From Felis catus (taxonomy: Eukaryota): 64,000 nt of DNA. The notes below the pieces were generated by a model that was given only the letters and a program-made list of their open reading frames with translations, was not told the origin of the DNA and did not search any database. The position numbers and the translations under genes were made by a program. The stretch spans positions 65,720,001 through 65,784,000 of the forward strand of contig NC_058384.1 in the NCBI RefSeq assembly GCF_018350175.1, written 5' to 3'. The number at the start of each line of letters is the position of its first letter. Position 1 is the stretch's first letter. Below, piece by piece: positions 23,120 to 33,537 of this stretch.

Positions 23120-25985
23120 TCTCATTTGTATTAACCCATAGCACACATCTATCAATGAGAACCTCCTATTTCTCAGAATTAAAAACTAAAACACGAGAGA
23201 GAAATCTATGATTTCTTCCCTCCTTAAATAGCACAAAAATCCTGCGTCCTTCAGAAAGAGATGTGTTGTCAGGGAGAGACGCGGAAGAGGAACGTGAGGA
23301 GTTGGAGACCCCAAGCATGAGTAAGGATCCAGTGCAGTGTCCTGAGAGCACCTCAGGCTTAGCCCTCTTTGCCTCACTTCTACATCCGCCCTTTTAAACA
23401 CCAACCTCTTTTCAGACACAGAGCTGTAGCTCTAAACTTGCTAAGAGTGATAGAGATCCCTGGAGCCAATTTCAAGAGTCCCAGCACCTACCCCAAAGAG
23501 TCCTCATTCAGAGGATCCTGGGTACAATCCCACGATAGGTGGCCTGTAAACCACCACCATCGTGGACTCCGCCATTGCCTACTTTGTGAAGCCCTCCCCA
23601 CCGGAACAATGGAAACAATCACCAGAGTGCCTGGAACGACATCAGTACTCAATGCGTAAGGATTAAAGCCACGAACCGATGGATGCATAAAAGGAGGTCT
23701 GCATTCGCGCATGTATTTGAAAAGATTGATCTAGCAGAGAAGTGTCACAAAGGTTAGAATTTCCGCCCCTTTGGGTTGCAGGCGTAGCTGAGATGCACTG
23801 AAGCAGCAGAGATACAGGAACAATTATCTGGTTTGTTCAACTAGCATCCTTGAAGGAGGAAGAAACCGTATGAGATTTGTCAAGGATGCCATTTATGTAA
23901 CCCCTTAAAGCAGTTCATCTCTATCTAGACTCTACAAGGCCAGTGATTGAGAGAGTTACAGTTCATTACTTCATTCAGCAAGTGGAACCTTGAGCCAAAA
24001 TGAATGACCTATGGGGGGAAAAAAATCATAAGATTCAGAGCTCTCCATCCTTTACACAGATCAAGTCAAGCACAGAATGTATTTGATTTTTTCCTCAAGG
24101 TTTTAATGCCCACGTTCCCCAAACTACCTCCCCCTGAGGCCTCACCCCCTAGAGTACCTGCTCCACCTTTCTAAGACCCAGGGATTTCACTGGGGTGTCT
24201 GCCATCAGGCACACAGAGCTGGTGAAGTCAAGGCTGTCCGCTTGGCTCCCGCCCATCCGGCTCACAAAGCTGTCTTTCCTTTTTAAAGGCTTATAGCCCC
24301 GGACTTCCCGCAATCAGTTCTGGGGGGAAAAAATTCTGCGGGATGTGTTTACAGTTTACCTATTCGTCTCTCCGTTTATACGTCGCCAGGGTCTAGAAGG
24401 GAACCCGGGATTGGGCCGGAACCCTGCCTCTAAATGTAAGTGTTTCTCTTGCATTGGGGCTGCAGCACCAGCCTTTCCTCCGAGCGGCATCGTCCGTCAG
24501 TCACGCGACAAACGTCCTGGGCGCCAAAGAAAGACTCAGAGGCAGCATGGCTGGTGGACGCCATGCACAGGCGAAGCGGGTCAGAGCATCGGGGTCCAGG
24601 GGGGAGATACAGGGACGAAGACAAAACGGGCCAGGGAACGGGTCCTGCCACCTGAACATGGAGAGAGCAGAGGGAGGGAAGCATTACGAATGTAAACCAG
24701 CAAGCTTTCCAAAACAGACTGAAACCAAGATGTAGGAGGAGACATCCTGGATGACAGGACAGATCTACACTTGAGCTGATGGAAAGCATCGGTGGCACCG
24801 CAAAGGTGGGAGAACAAGAGGCGGGAGGGGGTGGGGGGCAGGCTGCCTTACGGGGCCGCACAGAGTCAGGAACACGCTGATCTGTCTCCTCAGCCACCGG
24901 TACGTAGGCACACAGCACAGAGGAGATGGCAAACACAGGACCCAGGTTAATGACAGGACAGAGCCCTGGATGGGGGAGCTCACAATGTGTGACACCCAGT
25001 CTCATTTCTGCTGAGAAGCCACCTAGATCTTTACAGGGTGCCTCTACGGGCTTCAGCTTCCTGACTTGTCACGTAAGGCAGGTGGATTAGATAGCGCGGA
25101 CACGTCCTCAATATTCACTATGAGTCAGGGAATTGATTGTGACCGTTTGGTGCTCACGTAACGGTTTCTGTCCTTATCACTGCCATTTCAGATGGAAGCC
25201 CGAGGCACGAAGGCGGGATTTCCGCGGAGTCACAAAGCCGGTCGGTGTCAGAGCCATGGTCTCAGCCTCACGGCCTAGCTCCTGTGTCTCTTTGCTTCTG
25301 TTCCAACCAATGGTCCCAGAACAACTGACAGAGAAGTAGACGTGCACGGTAATCAAAGCCTTCATAGCCACTCAGAGAAGCCTTTCAGGAGATAAATATG
25401 AAGCAGGGGATGAGCGGCTGGGCTAAATATTGACTGCGGGGGATAAAGGACGGTGGGAAAGGAAATGTGATGTTATTTGTAAAGACAGAGGGACAGAAGT
25501 TAGTGATGTGTGATGGCCGTGGACCAGCCAGCTTGTCTTACAGTTGAGGCCAGAAGCGTGATCTAATGCTCAGGACCAAAGCACCTGAGGTGACGATCCA
25601 GACAGAGAATTCCAGAAACAACGTCAGGAGAAATAATTGAGAGAACTAGGAGTGTTAGTCAAGAGAATAAGACCCGGAAGAGGATTATGATGGCTCTGCT
25701 GAAGTTAACTAAAGGGCTATCCTTGATGAAAACTGATTAAGCCTCTTGCCAGTGTCTGCAGAGGACACATCCAGACCCACAGGTGGCTGAGTCAAGGAGG
25801 AATATCTGGTTCATCTATGAATCCGGAGGTTCTCGACAATTAAGGCGCCTAGGGAGAGAGCAGCCTGCACTGTGGCTGTGGGCTTCTTACAACTGGACCT
25901 TGACTGTAGTGACAGGACATACTTCCCAGATTTCCACGAAACATTCACAGAATTGCATGCAAATTGACCAAGGAGGTTCCCGAGC

Positions 25986-26198
25986 TTTTTTTTAAAATTT
26001 ATTTTATATTTTGAGAGAGAGAGAGAGTGCGCAAGTGGAGGAGAGGGGCAGTGGGAGAGAGAGAGAAAATCTTAAGGAGGCTCCACGCTCAACACAGAGC
26101 CCAACTCAGGGCTCGATCCCGCGACCCTGGGATCACGATCTGAGCCGAAATCAAGAGACAGACGCTCAACTGACTGAGCACCCCCGCCAGGTGCCCCC
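25986..26198 (-). mobile_element. Can-SINE (older subfamily)
   Basis: Poly-T, (GA)n, ctgagccgaaatcaagag, ends gtgccccc; TSD gagcttt. Confidence 0.9.
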
Positions 26199-26648
26199 TG
26201 AGCTTTCTCTGACATAAAGATTGTCTGTCTGGTTGTCTCACGTTTCAATACTATGTGCTCTTAGATCTAACGACAGGTCTACCCCCAAACAATGGTGAGA
26301 GCTGTTCTTAGAACATTCTGGAGGCAATAGAGACCAAGGCAGTGCTGGAGGAATGGAGGCTTCATCACCCTCTGTGCAGAGTATGAGCTGTATACTTAGG
26401 CTCTTAATCCCAAATTCCCATGCACTCATGACAAGGAAAACACCAGTATGTGGGATCATTCTAAGCCCATCCCAAAGGTTTCACAGTTGATTATTTATCA
26501 TCAATAAATCTCCACACTTCTAAATAAATAAGAAATATCGCACGTAAGCAAGCAGTATTTGAGCTAAACATCTGAGGGCCTGGACAGAACTGTTTTCATT
26601 GGTTTTTGGTTTTTTTCTGAATCAGATTCTCATAAGATGATTCTTCAG

Positions 26649-26991
26649 GTAAGTGATTTTTTCGAAGGCTATTGCTCTCATGTGGGTTAAGTAAATGGCT
26701 TAATCTTTTCGAGTCTCGATTTCTCCTTCCATAAAATGACAGGATTAGGTGAGATGAGCTCTCAATCATCACCTCTTGATTTAACACGCTGTGTGTGAAC
26801 CGTCAGATGTCCTTGAAGTGGGACATCTTAGGTCACTTCTCTTCACACCTCCTGCTTTCCCCGACCCCATGAGCAGTGTGATTAGGGTTTGTTACTTGTT
26901 TTTCCAAACTAGTGTTTTCAGCTTTATGCAGAAACGCATCGTCTCTTTGGGGGCATTTCTCTTTTGTTGAATTCTTTGTTCGCAATTTCAG
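26649..26991 (+). other. Candidate 5'UTR intron of the OR10T1-like gene
   Basis: Consensus donor CAG|GTAAGT at 26649 and pyrimidine tract ...aatttcAG ending at 26991, 28 nt before the ATG. Confidence 0.5.
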
Positions 26992-27019
26992 GACATCTGG
27001 GTCCGATTCCCACTGACCA

Positions 27020-27964
27020 ATGAAGAGACAGAACCAGAGCATGACCACTGAGTTCATCCTCGTAGGCTTCTCAAATCAGGGGAATCTGCAGATACTTCTC
27101 TTCTTCGTCTTCCTCCTGGTTTACCTGACCACTCTGATGGCCAATGCCACCATCATGATCGTCATTCGTCTGGACAGGACTCTGCACACCCCAATGTACT
27201 TCTTTCTCTTTGTCCTCTCCTGCTCTGAAACCTGCTACACCTTGGTCATTGTACCAAAAATGCTGACCAACCTGCTTTCCGCAAGCCAGACTATTTCTTT
27301 CTCCGGATGTGCTGCTCAGCTCTACTTCTTCGTGGGCTTTGCCTGTACCAACTGTTTTCTAATTGCTGTCATGGGCTATGATCGCTACGTTGCCATCTGC
27401 AACCCTCTCAACTACGCACTGGTTGTCGGCCGAGCCACCTGCGTTCAGCTGGTCCTCGCCTCCGGCTTCTGTGGCTTCCTCATCTCTGCGGTGGTCAATG
27501 CCTTGGTGTTTAGCGTGCCTTTCTGTGCCTCCCATCGGATCAACCACTTTTTCTGTGACATTTCCCCGGTCATAAAACTAGGCTGCACGGACACCAACAG
27601 AAAGGAGATGGTCATCTTCTTCCTCAGTATTCTGGTATTGCTGGTGCCCTCTGTGCTGATCTTCATCTCCTACGTCCTGATCGTCTCCACCATCCTCAAG
27701 ATAGCCTCGGCTGAGGGCCGGAAGAAGACCTTTGCCACCTGCGCCTCCCACCTCACGGTGGTCGTCGTCCACTACGGCTGCGCCTCCTTTATCTACCTGA
27801 GGCCCACGTCCCTGTACTCCTCAGATAAGGACCGGCTCGTGGCAGTGACCTACACTGTGATCACCCCACTGCTCAATCCTCTTGTGTACGCACTGAGAAA
27901 TAAAGAAGTAAAGGTGTCTCTGAGTAAAGTTCTCAGCAGGTACTCATTTCCCAAAACTGTATGA
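27020..27964 (+). CDS. Olfactory receptor family 10 subfamily T, intact, 314 aa (positional orthologue of human OR10T1P)
   Basis: Full ORF with NQS site, LHTPMYFFL, GFACTNCFLIAVMGYDRYVAIC, TCASHL, DKDRLVAVTYTVITPLLNP; lies between OR10K1 and OR10K2. Confidence 0.92.
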   Translation: MKRQNQSMTTEFILVGFSNQGNLQILLFFVFLLVYLTTLMANATIMIVIRLDRTLHTPMYFFLFVLSCSETCYTLVIVPKMLTNLLSASQTISFSGCAAQLYFFVGFACTNCFLIAVMGYDRYVAICNPLNYALVVGRATCVQLVLASGFCGFLISAVVNALVFSVPFCASHRINHFFCDISPVIKLGCTDTNRKEMVIFFLSILVLLVPSVLIFISYVLIVSTILKIASAEGRKKTFATCASHLTVVVVHYGCASFIYLRPTSLYSSDKDRLVAVTYTVITPLLNPLVYALRNKEVKVSLSKVLSRYSFPKTV

Positions 27965-28479
27965 GTTGGTAAATCAGGAAAGTTATATTCGTGAAAGTGT
28001 CCTGGATAGAAATTTAACTTCATAAACAGATCCGCCACTCTCCTTGGTCAAACAAAACAAAACAGGAGCAGATAAAACAAAAAACAAAAAAAAAGGAAGA
28101 AATGAGGACTTCAAGGTACCTTGATTCTTTGTTGGAAAGTCCTTCTTCATGGTTAGCCTCTATCCACTGTGGAGGTTATGCCAATCGGTCCCCAGAAAGT
28201 AATGTGAATATGGAAACTCCTAAGCACTCAAGTCATGCAATTTTTGTGCACTGGAAATGTCGGTTTTCTTGGCTTCCACGACAAATGATACATTATCCTT
28301 CTGAGAATGCCCAGCCTTGTGATATTCTCCTCACACTGAAGGAACCAGTGGCAAAGGTCTTTTAAGTTTCTGGATGCTTTTCTATATATTTTGGGGTTTA
28401 CAAAGAAAAATTTATAGGTAAAAAGAAATGAATTCACTTATAGATAAGTGAGAAAGGAATTCAAGTTCTAAAAGACCAA

Positions 28480-28690
28480 TGGTAGAGTAGAAAACACAGC
28501 CTTTGGACTCACAAAATCCTGGATTTGAATCTTGATTTGGATAATTTTCCAGCTAAATGCCCTGAGGCAGGTTTAACCTCTCTTATGGTCAGTTATCCCC
28601 TGGGTAACATGAGACTCCTAGCACCTCTTCAGTGGGGCATTTTAAGAACTCAATAAATTAAAAATGCAAAGCAATCCCATGCTTGTCTGA
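28480..28690 (+). mobile_element. MIR
   Basis: cctggatttgaatcttg...ccctgaggcaggtttaacctctc core. Confidence 0.5.
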
Positions 28691-28824
28691 TAGAAGGCAT
28701 GGGTATTCACATTTTTCCTTCCCTTTCACCTCTCCTTCCTTTTCCTTTCTTACTTCCAGAAACTATGATTGTACTAAATGTCAGATACAGTGGGAATTTA
28801 AGTTTAACACTCAAAAGCTCTGTT

Positions 28825-29068
28825 GGGGCACCTGGGTGGCTCAGTTGGTTGAGTGTCCACTTCAGCTCAGGTCAGGTCACGGTCTCACGACTCGTGAGTT
28901 CGAGCCCCGCGTCGGGCTCTGTGCTGACAGCTCGGAGCCTGGAGCCTGCTTTGGGTTCTGTGTCTCTCTCTCTCTCTCTGTCTCTCTGCCCCTTCCCCAC
29001 TCGTGCTCTGTCTCTGTCTTTGTCTCTCAAAAATGAAGAAACATTTAAAAAAAATTTTAAATGAAATG
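28825..29068 (+). mobile_element. Can-SINE
   Basis: TSD aaagctctgtt. Confidence 0.95.
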
Positions 29069-29989
29069 AAAGCTCTGTTGATGCACCTGCTACTGTGTGC
29101 AAAGCAGTAAAGTGTTGTGGGCAAAGAGTGAGGTGCACCCTTCTTTCCTTCATGTCCTATTATAGAAAGTGACCAACTTTCAGTCACCTGTTTCAGCACC
29201 TCATACATATTCCACTGAATTTACTGTGGTTTTGGTTGAAGGCGAGTTTCAATAAAACAAGTGAATTTTATTTAATAATTTCACAAATTTTCATTTCTCA
29301 GCCTTTCACTTGAGCACACACTAGGCTTTCAAAAATGTTTACTCAATTAATAAACGATAGTAAGAGGCAGGTCGTTGAGGTCTTCTAATTTACCTGTAAA
29401 TATAAATAATCGCATCACTGAATGGATTTTTTTCTGGATCTTCAGTAGTACCTTTACTATTGATTTAATGAGATTCTGAATAAAGATTCATTATATATGC
29501 TCGACTCAGAATGTGTTTTCTACTTTCATTCATTTATCAAACAATGACTTATTTGGCATCTGCCACTCAATAGGCACAGTGAGGGTAATCAAGACAGAGA
29601 GGTGAGAAACATTGTAGACAAAAAAAAAAAGAGAATTACAGCACGGTGCGATAATTACTTGGGACGCAGTGGCTGCATATGTGTGAAGATCTAACTCAAT
29701 CTTGGAGAAATAAAAATACAAATAATAATAAGATCTAACTCAATCTTGGAGTAAGTACTATTGAAATTGAGGCCTGAAAAATAAGTAAAAACTAAGGAAG
29801 TGAAGAGTGGCAGCGAGTGTTTTGGGCCGGTGCACAGACTCAGAGAAGGATTGTATAGCTTAGATGAGTACATGTATGTGTTCCGTGTGCCAGAAATAGA
29901 CCTCCAAGGTGACAGACCGAGGTGACAAAAATAAGGCAGAAACGGAATCCTATTAGGTAGGACTTTGCAGATTAAATTAAGGCAGCCAT

Positions 29990-31170
29990 ATTGAACCCAA
30001 TTATATGAACAAATGGGGTTTATCCAAAGGTTGCTTGACTTAACATACTTTACATTTCAAAATGACTACATTCATACCAAAAAAGGACCAACAGAATGGT
30101 AGATTTATTGATTAAATTAGATAGGTATATAGAACAGATAGGAGTAGATACAGGATATAAATTGTATATATGTAATTTTTGTGTTTGTCAAGGCAATTCT
30201 ATATATAATTTATTTTAAAATATGATTTGCATATTTATGATATAATTGGATAGATGCAGAAAAATTCAATAACATTTAACACGCAATTATAAATAAAAAT
30301 ATATAAAGCTAAAAACAGACTTTCTTGATCTGATAGAGTATGTTTAAAAATTGATAGCAAATTTCATTTTTAATGATGAAAGAGGAGGAAATGTGCCTTT
30401 GATTTCACAAATAAAACAACAATGTCCACTCTCTCTACTTCTATTCAATACTGTACTAGAGGTCTTTCCTAGTGTAAGGGAAACAAATAAAATAATAGTA
30501 GTTTGAAAGGAAGAAATTAAAGTGTGCATTGAAAATATTCTTAGGAACATAGAAATTACATAAGAATATACAGATGAAAATGAGAATTAATAAATGAACC
30601 TATTTACAAGGTTACCTGCTACAAAGTCAATCATACAAAAAAATAATAATTGTATTTCTCTGAATTAGCGGAAAAGAAAATCCCTATATCTAGGAATATG
30701 AAATACAGAAATGTAAAAGAACAAAAAGTCGAAGCAATCGTTAAAAAGCACTGGTCTAGAAGACTTACGTTTCCAAAGAACAAACCTATATAATAATGTT
30801 GCAGTGATAAAGATAGTCTAACGCTGGTGCAAAAACACGTGCCTTGAACAATGGAAGAGAAAAGATCACTCAGAAATAAGCCGATATCTATATATTCATC
30901 CTATGATGGCAAAGGTGATATGGCAAAAGTTCAAGTGCATCCTCTCATATCTGGAATGAAAGATGATCTTTGCAAAAATAGTGCAGGATCGGTGGATAGC
31001 CACAGAAAAAGAGAATCTAACTGTGTCGCATATCGTACACAAAGTCAATTCCACATGCATATTAGAAGTAAGTGTTTAAGGTTAAGCGGTACATTTTCTA
31101 GAATATTTTAAAATATATTTATATTTAAAATATATTTATATTTAAAAATATATTTATGATCTTGTGGGTG
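29990..31170 (+). mobile_element. Old L1 ORF2 (RT region) remnant
   Basis: aaatggggtttatcc, atagatgcagaaaaa, cttctattcaatactgtactagaggtc. Confidence 0.68.
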
Positions 31171-31505
31171 GGAGAGGGTGAACGGGATGAGCGAAAGGGG
31201 TGAAGCGGGGTGAGAGGTATGGCAGGGTCAAGAGAGACAGGAAGTGGGCAGGGATGTTTCCTTTTGTCGTCCCTCACTCCCAGGCCCTGAATAGGTAGTT
31301 GAGTGTGAACTGCACAGGGCGAGGGTCCGGACAGTCTTAGTCCAGACTCATGACCCAGGTGGGCTGAGATGAAGAAAATACAGTTCCGCTTTTCATTTAG
31401 GCTCCAACTCTGAGGTTTTAGGTGTGATATGGTCGCATTGTTTTAAAGACCTTCTTCCATTCTGCTTAGATGTCCAGTAATTAATTATGGCTTTGTTAAT
31501 ATGAT

Positions 31506-31877
31506 CAGTACCTCCATGTTGGAAACCACAGGGCTCATGTGTTTCATGTCCGTGAATAACATGATGCTTAATTATTTTCATCATCTCTTGAATGACCCAG
31601 TACCTCCATGTTGGAAACCACAGGGCTCATGTGTTTCATGTCCGTGAATAACATGATGCTTAATTATTTTCATCATCTCTTGAATGACCCAGTACCTCCA
31701 TGTTGGAAACCACAGGGCTCATGTGTTTCATGTCCGTGAATAACATGATGCTTAATTATTTTCATCATCTCTTGAATGACCCAGTACCTCCATGTTGGAA
31801 ACCACAGGGCTCATGTGTTTCATGTCCGTGAATAACATGATGCTTAATTATTTTCATCATCTCTTGAATGACCCAGT
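31506..31877. repeat. Perfect tandem repeat, 4 x 92 bp
   Basis: Unit cagtacctccatgttgg...cttgaatgacc starts at 31506, 31598, 31690, 31782, plus a terminal cagt; no mismatches seen. Confidence 0.98.
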
Positions 31878-32033
31878 GTGAACTTTGGTGCTTAATTCTG
31901 AAACCAAACTTAATACATATATGTGGCCTCAGTGTATACATTTCTGTGCCCTCCTTTCAAATGAGTCCTTAATGACTCCCTCTCGCCAATTCGCTTTATT
32001 AATGTGTTATTATTTTATTTTTGCCCTAATTTC

Positions 32034-32257
32034 TTTTTTTTTTTTAATTTTTTTTTCAACGTTTATTTATTTTTAGGACAGAGAGAGACAGAGCATGAAC
32101 GGGGGAGGGGCAGAGAGAGGGAGACACAGAATCGGAAACAGGCTCCAGGCTCTGAGCCATCAGCCCAGGGCCTGACGTGGGGCTCGAACTCACGGACCGC
32201 GAGATCGTGACCTGGCTGAAGTCGGACGCTTAACCGACTGCGCCACACAGGCGCCCC
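32034..32257 (-). mobile_element. Young Can-SINE
   Basis: Perfect TSD tgccctaatttctt. Confidence 0.96.
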
Positions 32258-33131
32258 TGCCCTAATTTCTTATATGTTAATATAGCTATGCCTGCCTGAA
32301 TAGCACATACTTAAGTCATCTCAACTCCATCCGGGAATGTGACAAGGTCTTATAATTTAAGATCTTTGGGTTATAAATAAAAAGTAATCCAACTCAAACT
32401 AATATTAATGAAAAATAAACCTATTGGCTCAGGTAAGTTGAAAAGTCCAGTGTCACAATGCTTTCGGGCACAGGCTGGCGCAGAGTTCCAGAAGGTCGTC
32501 CTCAAACTGTCTTCAAGATGTGTCTCAGAGCTCTGCTTCTTCAGACGTGGCTTCATTTTTAGCCTAAACTCAAGTCTCCCGACACCTCCAACTCATAGTT
32601 CCCCACAGGAACTTTAAAATGAAGCAAATGAATGAAAGTGAGGCCAAAATTTGAAAAACTAAAGGCAGTAACAGTGGCCATTAAAATATCTTGTCTGGAG
32701 AAATGTCTATTCAGGTCCTTGACCCATTTTTTTAATGAAGTTATTTGGCTTTTGGTGTTTTGCTTTTGAGTTGTATGAGTTCTTTATGCATTTTGATTAA
32801 TCGCTTATCAGATACATTGTTTGCAAAAATTTTCTCCTAGTCTGTAAATCGCCCTTTGGTGCTGTGGATTGTTTCTTTGCTGTGCAGAAGCTTTTTAGTT
32901 TGATATATCTGATTTTTGTTTTTGCTGCTTGTGCTTTTGGTGTCATACCCAAAAAATTATTGCCGAGATCAATACCAAGATAATATTCTCCCCGTTTTCT
33001 TTGAGAAGTTTAGAGTTTCAGGTTTTATGTTTACGTTTTGAATCCATTTTGAGTTGGTCAATGTGTGTGGTGTTATATATGGGTTCAATTTCATTCTTTC
33101 ATATATAGATAGCCAGTTTTTCTCAACACCA

Positions 33132-33342
33132 TTTTTTTTAACGTTTATTTATTTTTGAGACAGAGAGAGACAGAGCATGGACAGGGGAGGGGCAGAGAGA
33201 GAGGGAGACACAGAATCGGAAGCAGGCTCCAGGCTCTGAGTCATCAGCGCAAAGCCCGACGCGGGGCTCGAACTCACAGACTGCGAGATCGTGACCTGAG
33301 CCGAAGTCGGACGCTCAACCGACTGAGCCGCCCAGGCGCCCC
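33132..33342 (-). mobile_element. Can-SINE (tandem pair inside L1)
   Basis: TSD ctcaacaccatt. Confidence 0.95.
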
Positions 33343-33351
33343 TCAACACCA

Positions 33352-33537
33352 TTTTTTTTTAAGTTTATTTATTTATTTGGAGGAGGGGGGCAGAGAAAGG
33401 AGAGAAAGAATCCCAAGCAGGCTCGGCGCCATCAGTGTGGAGCCCAACATGGGGCTCAAACCCATGAACCGTGAAATCGTGACCTGAGCCAAAGTCAAGA
33501 GTTAGATGCTTAACTGACGGAGCCACCCAGGGGCCCC
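33352..33537 (-). mobile_element. Can-SINE (older, tandem pair inside L1)
   Basis: Ends ggggcccc, followed by tcttaacaccatc. Confidence 0.92.

Noticed and set aside
24345-25005. 191-aa and 116-aa ORFs in a CpG-rich patch
   Set aside because: No recognisable domain, non-ATG starts; long ORFs in several frames are explained by GC content. More likely non-coding sequence upstream of the OR10T1-like gene.
31506-31877. CRISPR-like array
   Set aside because: Units are head-to-tail and identical with no variable spacers; eukaryotic context, no cas genes.
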